Shown here one piece after another: positions 45,731 to 55,760 of a stretch of 64,000 nt of DNA. The position numbers and the translations under genes are program-made. Origin of the DNA: an uncultured Neomegalonema sp. (GTDB lineage Bacteria; Pseudomonadota; Alphaproteobacteria; Rhodobacterales; Rhodobacteraceae). A model generated the notes under the pieces. That model had not been told where the DNA came from, made no database searches, and was given only the letters and a program-made list of their open reading frames with translations. How positions within the stretch are numbered: position 1 is the stretch's first letter; each line of letters starts with the position of its first letter. The stretch covers positions 12,758 through 76,757 of the forward strand of contig CALFFK010000088.1 of assembly GCA_937957975.1 (NCBI GenBank). The letters run 5' to 3'.

Positions 45731-46794
45731 ATCAGTCCCCCCAACAAGCTGGCCAACCGTTTCGCTGCCGTATCAATGCCGTGGTGATCCAGCACATATC
45801 TGCGTGCTGCCGCTGTGGCCTGTGTATTGGCAACGCGCATGATACCCGCACGGAACGCCGCCGCATCGCCTCGTGGTATGATGGCTGATGATGGCCCGAT
45901 GACCGAACGCGGGCCGGGCCAATCTTCTGCAACAACCGCTGTTCCAGCTGTCTGTGCTTCCAGATAGACCATTCCATAGGCTTCGTTGACGCCGGGCCAG
46001 ATAAAGACATCTGCATCCTCGTAGTATTGGCGTAACAGGGTGGTATCAGTAAGGCTCCCTGTGAAGGTTATTCTGTTTCGGCACGTTTCAAACAACGCTT
46101 CCACCTCGTTTCTGCGTGGGCCGTCGCCAATAACCGTCAGATGCCAATCGCTTTCATCCAGACCGCACACCGCATCCGCAAGGGCGCGATAGGAAGCCAT
46201 CTTATCCTCACCCCGCATCATCGCAACGGTCAGAAGCCGCAAGGTATGACTGGGCGTCTTTGGCGGAGGATCATTGCCGGGGTCCAGAAAGGGAGGGAAA
46301 TCCGCAATCTTTTGATCTTTCCCCGCATCCCGGTCGAGGGCGAAACGATCATGTTCCGTCATGGCAAGTAGCAGATCGGCCCGGTCGATGGCCGTTTCGG
46401 CGCGATGGGCGAACGTTGCCCACGGTCCCTTTAACCGCTTCTGCGCCCGGCTCGCCTCCGCGATTACATACGGAATGCCGAACCGATCCGTGAGGACAGG
46501 GCCAATCAGGTCGGGAGCCTTGTAATAGCAATGGTACGTAAACCAGAGGGCAGGGGGAGCATCACCCCACAAGAGGGTCAGTCGCTCGACTTCCTTTACC
46601 GCCCTGTTAATCAGATTGACTTGTGTATCCTGATCGCCTTTGCCGTCGCGAACCCTAAGATCACTTGCAATTTCCGGGAAATATCCGGCTTTCTCCAATG
46701 CATCAAGGAACAGCCTTGCCATCCGTCGATCACCGGATGGGGTTGGATGACCTGGTGGCTTCATTGGAGCGTAGAAAGCAACCCGGCGGTTCAT
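45727..46794 (-). CDS. Glycosyltransferase family 4-like (GT-B)
   Basis: The C-terminal 'EAYGMVYLEAQTAGTAVVA' is an E-x7-E-type region. Confidence 0.8.
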   Translation of the reverse strand: MNRRVAFYAPMKPPGHPTPSGDRRMARLFLDALEKAGYFPEIASDLRVRDGKGDQDTQVNLINRAVKEVERLTLLWGDAPPALWFTYHCYYKAPDLIGPVLTDRFGIPYVIAEASRAQKRLKGPWATFAHRAETAIDRADLLLAMTEHDRFALDRDAGKDQKIADFPPFLDPGNDPPPKTPSHTLRLLTVAMMRGEDKMASYRALADAVCGLDESDWHLTVIGDGPRRNEVEALFETCRNRITFTGSLTDTTLLRQYYEDADVFIWPGVNEAYGMVYLEAQTAGTAVVAEDWPGPRSVIGPSSAIIPRGDAAAFRAGIMRVANTQATAAARRYVLDHHGIDTAAKRLASLLGGLI

Positions 46795-48002
46795 GCAAGT
46801 GTCGCCTCGATCCGTTCCGCTACTGCCACTATTCCTGCTTCGGCCCCAAAATCGGTAACAAGCCGTTCATGTAATCGATTTGCGAAGATTGCACGTTTCT
46901 CGGGGTTTTCTACCATTTCTTTGATAGCCGCGCACAGGGCTTTGACATCTTCTTGAGCCACCAGCCGACCCGAAACGCCATCTTCAACGAATTCTGGTAT
47001 TGCAGAGATCGCCGTGGATATGACCGGCAATTTCTGGCTCGCGGCCTCCATCAATACATTTGGCAGACCATCGCGGTCTCCGCTTTCGGTGATCCGGCTT
47101 GGCAATACAAACAAATCAGATTCGGCCATCGCCGCAAATACAGCGTCTCGCGCCTGTGCGCCGCGCCAGTCAATTTTTCCTGCGATCCCAAGCTTCTTCG
47201 CCTGTTTCTCCAGATTGCTAGCCAGTCCGCCACCCCCGATATGTATAAATCGCCATTCTATCGTTGCCGGTAATTGGGCGAGGGCATCAAGCACCAGATC
47301 GTATCCTTTCTTTTCCACCAAACGACCTACCGACAGGATCGTGAACGGCCCCGCCCGATCCCGTTTGGGAGGGGGGGGCGGAAGACGGGACAGGTCCAGA
47401 CCATGATAGACCAACGCTACCCTTCCTTCTGGCCCCAATGCTGCCAGATGCTCTGCGCCATATCGGGTGCAGGTTACACCGAAGGCTGCATCCGCGATTT
47501 TTTCGCGCTTTTCCCATTCGGCAGTTGTCCAGATGTCTTTTGCATGGGCTGAAAACCCCCACGATATTCCCCGCATAATCGCGGCATAGCGGGCGACGGA
47601 GGAGGGTGTGTGCAGGAAATGTGCGTAGAGAAAATCTGTCTCCGCCGATGCTTCGGTTGCCAGCACTGCCGCCTGTGCGAACCGTCGTACCCGGTTTGCG
47701 TCCCGTGCCCGTATCAGATCATGCAACCAAACTCTGGCAGCACGCCAAAACCCGCGTCTGCTTGCTGCCTTTGCAAGCGCCCGCAATACACGCCCCGGCT
47801 CTTGCCGTACATATTCAGGTAGATAACGGACGGGGGCCGTGATCGCCTCATTGACCGGATGTAACGTTTTGTCCGTCGGATGCCGCAATGACCAGATATC
47901 GAACTTGATTCCGTGTTCCTGTAGACCCAGTAATTCCTGCGCGATAAAGGTCTCTGACAGACGTGGGTATCCTTTCACCACGATGCCGACGCGCTTGCTC
48001 AT
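46791..48002 (-). CDS. Glycosyltransferase family 4-like (GT-B)
   Basis: 'GRLVEKKG' and 'GLPNVLMEAASQKLPVISTAISAIPEFVEDGVSG'. Confidence 0.85.
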   Translation of the reverse strand: MSKRVGIVVKGYPRLSETFIAQELLGLQEHGIKFDIWSLRHPTDKTLHPVNEAITAPVRYLPEYVRQEPGRVLRALAKAASRRGFWRAARVWLHDLIRARDANRVRRFAQAAVLATEASAETDFLYAHFLHTPSSVARYAAIMRGISWGFSAHAKDIWTTAEWEKREKIADAAFGVTCTRYGAEHLAALGPEGRVALVYHGLDLSRLPPPPPKRDRAGPFTILSVGRLVEKKGYDLVLDALAQLPATIEWRFIHIGGGGLASNLEKQAKKLGIAGKIDWRGAQARDAVFAAMAESDLFVLPSRITESGDRDGLPNVLMEAASQKLPVISTAISAIPEFVEDGVSGRLVAQEDVKALCAAIKEMVENPEKRAIFANRLHERLVTDFGAEAGIVAVAERIEATLA

Positions 48003-49168
48003 CGTGCAAGCAATGCAGAGCGCGTCAACTCAGCCACCCGGTCAAGGCCATCAAGCAACCCATTCACCTTCGCCGCCGAGGGCAGTGGTTGTTTGTCCAA
48101 TGCCTGGATTGCGGCCCCCATCGCGGCGGGATCAGGCAAGCCCTCTCCGTCCTGTACAGGGGGCAACATCTGCACCAACCCAATTCGATCTGCGGCAGCG
48201 ACCCGCAGATATTGTTCCATGCGCGGGGTAATGCGGGGAGCCAGTGCCGCGGGTTTATCGAAACTAAGTATTTCGCAAAACGTATTGTATCCGCCCATCG
48301 CGATGACGCCTCGCGACTCGATCATCAACCGCTCCAGGCGTGAATCGAAGTTTCGGGTGCGGATTGTACGGAAACGATGCGCCCGCCGTTCAAATTCCGC
48401 GCGTCGCTCTACATTCATAAATGGACCGAAGACAATCAGAGCCGGCACAGACAGGCTTGTATCTGTTTCATAGGCCCGTAATACCCAATCGATCAGCGCC
48501 TCACCATCGCCACCACCACCCGGTGTCACCAGAACGGAGCCGCGCGGGACGCGCTGTGCCATATGCTCTTCTGGCCAGTCATCGGGTGCCTCACGACGTA
48601 GGTATCCAGTATAACGAACCCGTTGAAGCACTGATTCTGACAAGGAAAGCCCGGCCAATGGCTCGAAGATTTCGCTCAGGCCATAGATCCAGAGTTCGTC
48701 GTAATAATGCTCGATGATTTCGGGTGCGCCCTTGCGTATCCATTCGGTTTTCAACGCCCCGGCTTCATCCAGTACATCGCGCAAACCCAGCACGATCTTT
48801 GTTCCCTGTTTTTTGAGGTGTTCGAGTGTGGGCAACATTTCGCCACGCAGGCCAGTCGGTTCCTTATCCACGATCAATAGATCAGGGGCAAAGGCTTCAG
48901 CAGTTGTGCGCAGGATTCGCTCGCGCAGGGCTACAGTTTGCGCAATGTCCAGATGCATGGTGTCGGAAGCATAGTCTCCGCTGGCCAGTTTCACGACGCC
49001 GGGGATGCGAACAAAATCGACACCTTGCGGAAAATCGAAACGGCCCACGATAGGTGAACCCGTCGCGATCAGGATGCTGGCCCCTTCGAATCGCGATGCC
49101 AGCGCCGTGGCAATGGTTCGCGCCCGGCGGATATGTCCCAGGCCATAGGTGTCGTGGCTGTAGAGCAT
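47999..49168 (-). CDS. GT-B glycosyltransferase, paralog of 44052..45158
   Basis: 'IMLYSHDTYGLGHIRRA' and 'MGGYNTFCE'. The start is uncertain, with in-frame ATGs also at 49309 and 49336. The ORF-track start at 49852 was rejected. Confidence 0.7.
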   Translation of the reverse strand: MLYSHDTYGLGHIRRARTIATALASRFEGASILIATGSPIVGRFDFPQGVDFVRIPGVVKLASGDYASDTMHLDIAQTVALRERILRTTAEAFAPDLLIVDKEPTGLRGEMLPTLEHLKKQGTKIVLGLRDVLDEAGALKTEWIRKGAPEIIEHYYDELWIYGLSEIFEPLAGLSLSESVLQRVRYTGYLRREAPDDWPEEHMAQRVPRGSVLVTPGGGGDGEALIDWVLRAYETDTSLSVPALIVFGPFMNVERRAEFERRAHRFRTIRTRNFDSRLERLMIESRGVIAMGGYNTFCEILSFDKPAALAPRITPRMEQYLRVAAADRIGLVQMLPPVQDGEGLPDPAAMGAAIQALDKQPLPSAAKVNGLLDGLDRVAELTRSALLAR

Positions 49169-49405
49169 AATTCGTGGCGCGACAGGACCGCCCGCACCCT
49201 GCCCATCGCAAGGCTCTGGCCCCGTCTCGGTTTGATTTAACACAGATGCCGCCCCTACTGCATATGCCACTTTCGGCACGATGCCTCTATTCCTAACAAG
49301 GCAGGCCATTGACGTATAGGGGACTCGTGACAGCATGACGCCATAACAATTGTGAAGCGATGCAATAGAGACGGCGCGAGTTGAAAGCGTTATAGTGAAT
49401 TGGCA

Positions 49406-51796
49406 ATGGCTATCGTGAAACCTTTCCTTCGTGCACTTTTCGGCTTGGTTTTCCTTGCTTTGATGCTGCTGTTTGCTGCGCAACCTGCACAGACGCAGGA
49501 AGTGCCAGCTTCGGCTTATGGGAAAATCACCGTACCCAGCACCAACCCAGGTGAGCACGCTGGACCGGATCAATATGCGGCTGCGGCAGAAGAACTCTCG
49601 ATGTTGTCGGAAACGCAACTCAGCATCGAACGGGTGCGTAATCGGTCCGCTGAAATCCTGCTGCACATGCCAGAGATCGCCCCTGACATCCTCGTCCATC
49701 TTCGCCAGAAAAGTCCGACGGGTGAAGCGCGATATTTTCTCGGCCTTCTGGCATGGACGCTGCTGTTCTTTGCGATTGCCTATCTGATCGAATGGCAGAT
49801 TTACGGGGTCAGGCTGTGCGGCCCATGGTTTATACCGCTCCAGCAGTCCCACCCCGATGGGTTGGTCGAAAAGCTGCCTATCCTTGCCCTGCGTGCGGCA
49901 ATTGGTGTGGTCGGTATTCTGCTGTCGTTACTGATGGTCTCCCTGATGATCGCGGCATATCTGGATACAACGGGTGATGTGACCCAAAAGACGCTCATCG
50001 TCATCATGTTGTCGGTGGCGGCGGCCCGAACCTCTGCGATCATCTGGCGTATAGTCCTGTCGCCGTATCTTTCTAACTACCGCATTCCCTGTCTCGATGA
50101 CCGAGAGGCGCGTAAGCTCTTTGGGTGGCTCTGGGGTACGATTGCCGTCTCTATTGCCTTGCTCGCATTCTGCTACTGGCTTGAAGATATTGGCGCAAAA
50201 TCCCTGACCCATAATGCAGTTACGCTTATCGCCACTGCGATTATGGTGATCGTCAATATCGCTATGGTTATTGCGAACCGTGGTGCGATCAGTCGCTCGA
50301 TCCTCAGTGAGTGTAATTTTACCGAAGCTACCCTGTTGCAGCGCTTCTCATCGGCAGTCTGGGCACCGCTGGCGATTCTCTATTTTATCGGCGCGTCTCT
50401 GGTCCTTACATATCGGATGCTTGCGGGCAGTGTCAGTGGTGCGCCATTGGTGGTCGGGGCTTACACAGTCCTCCTCGCCATCCTCGTTGCGTATGGTGTT
50501 GTTGCCTTCGTTATCGCCCGTGTCTTCCGAAATCGACGCAGTATTGTCATCGCTCGACAGCGTGAACATACGGAAGGCATTACCACAGATCACCTCGATG
50601 AGAAAAAGCGGGTCGTCGATCAGGCTTATATCGAAGGCGATCCTCTCTCAGGTGACGGGGATGAAGACAGCGGCCCTGCGGCAGGTGGTGAAGCTGGCAG
50701 CTTTGGATCCCGCAACGCCGCCACGTTGCATTGGATGAGTGATTTCGAAACGCTGGCCAAACGCACGGCCTCGATCTTCGCTTTGGGCGCGGGTATCTAC
50801 GCGCTGCTGCATATATGGGATTTCGGCTATCTGCTGGACGAAGGCGGGGCGCTTGATCCTGTACAAGATGTCATCGACATCTGTTTGATCGGTTATTTGC
50901 TTTACCATGCTACCCGTATCTGGATCGATACGCGGATTGAGGAGGAGGTCGGCGACGACACCGGGCCTGAGCCAGGCGACGAAGGTAGTGGAGCGAGCGC
51001 GGCTTCGCGATTGGCGACATTGTTGCCGCTGTTCCGAAATTTCCTGCTCTTCACGATCTCCATCAGTGTGATCGTTATGGTGCTGTTGAAGATGGGCATC
51101 AATGTTGCGCCCCTCTTCGCCGGTGCCGGTGTTGTCGGTATCGCCATCGGCTTTGGCGCGCAGACCCTCATCCGCGACATCCTTTCGGGTATGTTCTACC
51201 TGTTTGACGATGCGTTCCGTAAAGGCGAATATATCGATATAGGTACGGTAAAAGGCACTGTCGAAAAAATATCGATCCGCTCATTCCAGCTTCGCCATCA
51301 CCTTGGTGCGTTACACACGATCCCTTTTGGCGAGATTACACATCTGACCAACTATTCCCGTGATTGGGTGATGGTGAAGCTGCCGATTAGGATTACCTAT
51401 GACACTGATGTCGAAAAGGTTCGGAAACTCATCAAGTCGCTGGGGCAGGAGCTTGTCAATCACCCGACAGAAGGCATGAAGTTCCTCCAGCCCCTCAAAT
51501 CCCAGGGCATCTATAAAATGGAAGACTCGGCCATGATAATCCGGGTCAAGTTCATGACCCGACCTGGCGACCAATGGACGACCCGCAAGCTCGTCTATTC
51601 GCGATTGCGCGAGTTGTTTGCCGAGAATGGAATCAAGTTCGCTCACCGCGAAGTCACAGTTCGCCTCTCCGAACACGAACTCGACGCGCTTCCACCAGAT
51701 CAACGCGAAGCAGCCGCCGGAGCTGCGCTTACAGCCGTGGCAACGGCAGAGCAGGAAACACTTGGAATACCGAAGATCGTTGGAGACGACCGCTGA
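49406..51796 (+). CDS. Large MscS-family mechanosensitive channel (MscK/MscM-like)
   Basis: It has a signal peptide, multiple TM helices and the MscS core 'GVVGIAIGFGAQTLIRDILSGMFYLFDDAFRKGEYI'. Confidence 0.9.
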   Translation: MAIVKPFLRALFGLVFLALMLLFAAQPAQTQEVPASAYGKITVPSTNPGEHAGPDQYAAAAEELSMLSETQLSIERVRNRSAEILLHMPEIAPDILVHLRQKSPTGEARYFLGLLAWTLLFFAIAYLIEWQIYGVRLCGPWFIPLQQSHPDGLVEKLPILALRAAIGVVGILLSLLMVSLMIAAYLDTTGDVTQKTLIVIMLSVAAARTSAIIWRIVLSPYLSNYRIPCLDDREARKLFGWLWGTIAVSIALLAFCYWLEDIGAKSLTHNAVTLIATAIMVIVNIAMVIANRGAISRSILSECNFTEATLLQRFSSAVWAPLAILYFIGASLVLTYRMLAGSVSGAPLVVGAYTVLLAILVAYGVVAFVIARVFRNRRSIVIARQREHTEGITTDHLDEKKRVVDQAYIEGDPLSGDGDEDSGPAAGGEAGSFGSRNAATLHWMSDFETLAKRTASIFALGAGIYALLHIWDFGYLLDEGGALDPVQDVIDICLIGYLLYHATRIWIDTRIEEEVGDDTGPEPGDEGSGASAASRLATLLPLFRNFLLFTISISVIVMVLLKMGINVAPLFAGAGVVGIAIGFGAQTLIRDILSGMFYLFDDAFRKGEYIDIGTVKGTVEKISIRSFQLRHHLGALHTIPFGEITHLTNYSRDWVMVKLPIRITYDTDVEKVRKLIKSLGQELVNHPTEGMKFLQPLKSQGIYKMEDSAMIIRVKFMTRPGDQWTTRKLVYSRLRELFAENGIKFAHREVTVRLSEHELDALPPDQREAAAGAALTAVATAEQETLGIPKIVGDDR

Positions 51797-51997
51797 AAAC
51801 CGTCAGGGTGTGGCGAACCTTGTCATGAAAGAGATCGTATTGCTGTTACGCCTCGATGATTTGGAACTGTAACAAAAATTTGTCGACAAGGTTTGGACGG
51901 CTGAAAATGATACAGTTTTCTACGCTGCTTGAAGTGTTGCACGAAAAAGTTATTTTCAGCCGCGCAGAGGTTTGCGCCGCTTGCTGACGGTGTCGAT

Positions 51998-52558
51998 TTA
52001 ATATCCCCATTCACGGACGGGACCGCTGTCGAGATGCACAAAATTTGAAGAACTGTAGCGCCCGACACCGCCGGCCCTGAGCCGTTCACCGATGTTGCCG
52101 ATGGTATCTGCTGAAACACCCTTCATACGAAGGTCCATAGCCATGCCTTTGATATGATAGGAATTTTTTGCTACTTTGCCAGAGCGTCTGCGCAAGGCAT
52201 CATTCGTGCGTTGTGAGCGGAAACCGGAGATCACCGAGAAGGGCCGATCATGCCCGATCATGTACTGTGTCGCAGAGACAATATCGACGGCGCGTGGATC
52301 GATTCTATGCATTTCGTTCGTGCGAAAATCACGCAGAACGCGATCAATTTCCGCCATCACACCCGGAATGTATTCACCGTAAGCATAATATATGGCATCA
52401 AGACGCTCGTCTGTTCGTGGATTGTAAATATTAATCCTGCGAAGATCACCCGCACGGGCCGCGACGCTGCGGAACGGACAGAGCATAAGACTGGCAGTGG
52501 CTCCGACAATCAGGCTACGCCGGGTGCAATTGGTACGGAGAGGTGACGTGTCAGACAT
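51998..52558 (-). CDS. Peptidase M15A/DUF882 (MepK/YcbK-like murein endopeptidase), Tat signal
   Basis: Tat motif 'TRRSLIVGA', plus 'SGFRSQRTN', 'SYHIKGMAMD' and 'FVHLDSGPVREW'. Confidence 0.85.
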   Translation of the reverse strand: MSDTSPLRTNCTRRSLIVGATASLMLCPFRSVAARAGDLRRINIYNPRTDERLDAIYYAYGEYIPGVMAEIDRVLRDFRTNEMHRIDPRAVDIVSATQYMIGHDRPFSVISGFRSQRTNDALRRRSGKVAKNSYHIKGMAMDLRMKGVSADTIGNIGERLRAGGVGRYSSSNFVHLDSGPVREWGY

Positions 52559-52646
52559 GAATGTAGTCCCCAAGACGGTCTTCGCTTCTCGCAGCGGTAA
52601 ATCTACCAGCGCAATGGTGACGTCCCCCCAGGACGCCTTTCGGTTC

Positions 52647-54323
52647 ATGGGGCAGTATCGCAGAGACGGTTTTCGCATTGGTTTACTGCGGAAGGTCCGG
52701 GGCGTTTCAATAGCGCAAATTTTAGCTATCGCCTGTCTTGCAGGCGGTGGGTTTGCCCAGGCGGCCGCCAATACAACGGTCAGGAGCACCTCCAAGGAAG
52801 TACAACAGAGCATCTATGATCCCCTTGCTGCGGCCTTCGATCTGTTTGCATCGGATGCGAATGCTCCGAAACTATGGGTTCGGGGCAGTAAGGATCTGGA
52901 CCGGGCCAAAGCACTACTCGCCCAGTTTCAGGCGGCACCGGGGCATGGCCTGCCGCCGTCTCGTTATGATGTCGAGACATTGCGTGGAATGCTTGAGGCG
53001 TTCACTGCCAAGCCGGGATTACAGGAGGCGCAAAAGCTCGAACGCGCCCTCTCCATTGCTTACATGCGCTACGCCACCGATCTCGTTTCGGGCATGGTCG
53101 ATCCTGAAAGCCTCGAAGCGCGCGTCCATATCGATCCCGCGCGGATCAATCCGATCCAGTTGTTGCACCGGGCAGCGAAAGCTGAAAATGTCGGTGCCCT
53201 GCTCGACAGCCTTGCACCAACGAATATTCGTTATCGTAATCTGCGCGCCGCTGTTTTGCGGATGATGGAGCAGGTGAATCGGGGTGGTTGGGGGGATACC
53301 GTCGAGTCGGGTGGCCTAGCTCCCGGTGCTGTTTCAACCGAAGTTGCAAAGCTGCGGCGGCGTCTGATGGCAATGGGCGATCTTGCCCCCGAACCCGATC
53401 TTTCCGGTGTGACGAGCGACCCCGACATTGCGGCTTATGATGAGCGGTTGATGGGGGCCGTCGCGGCCTTTCAGAAGCGCCACGGCCTCACTGCTGACGG
53501 CATCGCTGGCCCTGCTACCTTGCGCGCGCTCAATGCGCCGCTTGGAATGCGCCTCGCTCAGGCCATGCTGAACCTTGAACGCCTGCGCTGGCGTAAGGAT
53601 CGGATGTCTGGTCGCCGGATTGAGGTAAATCAGCCCGATTTCCGCATGACTGTCTATGATGACGCCAGTGCGCCGGTCCATGATGCGCGCGTTGTTATCG
53701 GCAAAAGCGAACGCCGCCTTCAAACCCCGGAATTCAACGACCAGATGAGCTATATCGTTCTGAATCCTACATGGACGGTTCCCAGAAGTATCATCCGGCG
53801 TGAGATCCTGCCTGATATGCAGAAAGACCCCACCTTTCTGGAACGTAACAACATGATCCTGCTGCGCGGTGGGAAGAAAATCGACCCGGCGACGGTCGAT
53901 TGGAAATCCGAAACCCGCGAGAGCGTGTCCGATATGGGCGTGATCCAGCGCCCCGGAAAAGGCAATGCCCTTGGCAATGTGAAGTTCATGTTCCCGAACG
54001 GCTATAACATCTATCTGCATGATACGCCGTCGAAACATCTGTTCGCGTCCGACAGTCGTGCCTATAGCCATGGCTGTGTTCGTGTCGAGCGCCCCTTCGC
54101 GCTTGCGTGGCTGCTGCTTTCTGACCAGCTTGAAGATCCCGGCACAATGATTGAGGAAACGCTGGCAACTGGCAAAGAGACGAATGTGCCTCTTGAGCGC
54201 CCAATTCCGATTTCGCTGTTATACCTGACCTCATGGGTCGATGAAGCAGGTGTTCTCAATTTCCGCGAAGACGTCTACAAGCGCGACGAAATCCTTGCGC
54301 GTGCCTTGCGGGCAAATTCCTGA
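52647..54323 (+). CDS. L,D-transpeptidase (YcbB/LdtD-like) with PG-binding domain
   Basis: PG_binding 'AVAAFQKRHGLTADGIAGPATLRALN' and the YkuD catalytic motif 'HDTP...SHGCVRV'. The start was chosen to give a signal peptide; in-frame ATGs also exist at 52557 and 52614. Confidence 0.85.
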   Translation: MGQYRRDGFRIGLLRKVRGVSIAQILAIACLAGGGFAQAAANTTVRSTSKEVQQSIYDPLAAAFDLFASDANAPKLWVRGSKDLDRAKALLAQFQAAPGHGLPPSRYDVETLRGMLEAFTAKPGLQEAQKLERALSIAYMRYATDLVSGMVDPESLEARVHIDPARINPIQLLHRAAKAENVGALLDSLAPTNIRYRNLRAAVLRMMEQVNRGGWGDTVESGGLAPGAVSTEVAKLRRRLMAMGDLAPEPDLSGVTSDPDIAAYDERLMGAVAAFQKRHGLTADGIAGPATLRALNAPLGMRLAQAMLNLERLRWRKDRMSGRRIEVNQPDFRMTVYDDASAPVHDARVVIGKSERRLQTPEFNDQMSYIVLNPTWTVPRSIIRREILPDMQKDPTFLERNNMILLRGGKKIDPATVDWKSETRESVSDMGVIQRPGKGNALGNVKFMFPNGYNIYLHDTPSKHLFASDSRAYSHGCVRVERPFALAWLLLSDQLEDPGTMIEETLATGKETNVPLERPIPISLLYLTSWVDEAGVLNFREDVYKRDEILARALRANS

Positions 54324-54338
54324 TGAGCGGAGAGGCGA

Positions 54339-55436
54339 ATGGCCGAATCATATATGGTTGCCGATCTTGCGGCAGCCCTTGGCGCGACGTTCGAAGGTGA
54401 CGGCACTCTCCGTGTCACTGGCCTCGTTCATCCCTCAATGGCGGAGCCAGACGTTTTGGTCATGGCCAGCTCTCCCGATTTCCTCAGCAGGATCGAGCCG
54501 GGTTCGGCCCGTGCAGCTCTCGTGGCGCAAGGGGCGGATTGGCGGGCGGCAGGGTTGGTCGCCGCAATTATTGCCCCGCGTCCCCGCTATGCAATGGCCC
54601 ACGCTACCCGTGCCTTTGCCAAACCTGACGCGCTTGCGCCGGGTATTCACCCTTCTGCTGTGGTCGAGCCGGGCGCCGAGATCGGTGAGGGTGTCCACAT
54701 TGGTCCCTTCGTTCACATTGCCGCCTATGCGAGCATCGGTGCGGGCAGCCAAATCCATTCCCATGTTTCTATCGGTGAGAATGCTGTGCTGGGGCAGGGC
54801 GCTCTCGTCCATGCCGGAGCACGGATTGCCAGCCGTGTGAAGATTGGTGAGCGGGCGATCATCCATCAGAACGCTGTCATCGGTGCAGATGGCTTTTCCT
54901 TTGTCACCCCCGACTTCGGTGCGGTCGAGGCCGCAAAGAGCGGCGGTGGCAGCGAATCTGCCACCCGGAACCTCGCACTCGAACGCATCTACTCTCTCGC
55001 CGCTGTGACATTGGGCGATGATGTGGAGATCGGGGCCGGAACCACTATTGACCGGGGAACGCTTCGGAACACCCGTATTGGTTCGGGAACCAAAATCGAT
55101 AATCAGGTTCAGATTGGCCATAATGTCAGTATTGGCGAGACCTGTATGCTATGTGCTCAGGTCGGCATCGCGGGCAGCGCCGCTATCGGGGATCGCGTTG
55201 TTCTTGGGGGCAAAGTCGGCGTCGCAGACCACCTGAAAATCGGCTCTGATGTCCTTGTTGCCGCCGCTTCTGCCGTGGCCAGTAACGTCAGGGGGCGGTC
55301 TATTGTGATGGGCGTTCCCGCGATGCCACGCGACGAGGCAGTACGGTCCATCATGGCGATTCGACGACTGCCACGATTGATGGACACGGTAGATGCCTTG
55401 AAAAAACGGCTTTCTGCGATGGACAGTGCCAGTTAA
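54339..55436 (+). CDS. LpxD-like UDP-3-O-acylglucosamine N-acyltransferase (paralog-like context)
   Basis: An LpxD-type N-terminal domain, left-handed beta-helix hexapeptide repeats, and 'IGADGFSF...TTIDRGT...[11 protein letters not shown]' containing the catalytic His. An insertion relative to my recollection of E. coli LpxD follows 'DGFSF'. Confidence 0.75.
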   Translation: MAESYMVADLAAALGATFEGDGTLRVTGLVHPSMAEPDVLVMASSPDFLSRIEPGSARAALVAQGADWRAAGLVAAIIAPRPRYAMAHATRAFAKPDALAPGIHPSAVVEPGAEIGEGVHIGPFVHIAAYASIGAGSQIHSHVSIGENAVLGQGALVHAGARIASRVKIGERAIIHQNAVIGADGFSFVTPDFGAVEAAKSGGGSESATRNLALERIYSLAAVTLGDDVEIGAGTTIDRGTLRNTRIGSGTKIDNQVQIGHNVSIGETCMLCAQVGIAGSAAIGDRVVLGGKVGVADHLKIGSDVLVAAASAVASNVRGRSIVMGVPAMPRDEAVRSIMAIRRLPRLMDTVDALKKRLSAMDSAS

Positions 55437-55489
55437 TTGACCTATTCCGTGCGCGGAAAACGGCGGATAGCCACCGGGAAAGTATTTCG

Positions 55490-55753
55490 ATGAGCGATGA
55501 CATACGCCAGCGGGTCCGCGTCATTGTCGCCGAACAGGCGATGATTGACGTTGAGCAGGTTACACCCGAATCGACAATGGATAACCTTGGCCTCGATTCC
55601 CTTGGGCTGGTGGAGATCGTCTTCGCCATCGAGGAAGAATTCGGTGTCTCGGTTCCCTATAATGCCAATGAGCCAAATTCCGAGGAATTCGACATCTCCA
55701 CCGTTAAGGCCGTCGAAGATGGGGTAATAAAGCTCACTGCGGAGAAGGTTTGA
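55490..55753 (+). CDS. Acyl carrier protein (dedicated, NodF/AcpXL-like size)
   Basis: The phosphopantetheine site is 'LGLDSLGLVEIVFAIEEEFG'. Length is 87 aa. Confidence 0.85.
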   Translation: MSDDIRQRVRVIVAEQAMIDVEQVTPESTMDNLGLDSLGLVEIVFAIEEEFGVSVPYNANEPNSEEFDISTVKAVEDGVIKLTAEKV

Positions 55754-55760
55754 TCGGTTG

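Noticed and set aside
47999-49852. Long N-terminal extensions in the ORF track: the GT at 47999..49852 (617 aa), 40304..41590, 25518..26117, 31448..32392, 51998..52813 and 32655..33710.
   Set aside because: The extensions overlap neighbouring genes or divergent genes and are Arg/Pro-rich with no motifs. Internal Met codons preceded by an SD, or by a stop-overlap, give proteins of family-typical length.
51899-51961. A 10-bp inverted repeat (ggctgaaaat/attttcagcc) with a 43-nt loop, lying between the convergent MscS and mepK-like genes, considered as an sRNA or other element.
   Set aside because: It is AT-rich with a long loop, has no U-tract and no second copy in the window. It is most simply a weak structure in a convergent terminator region.
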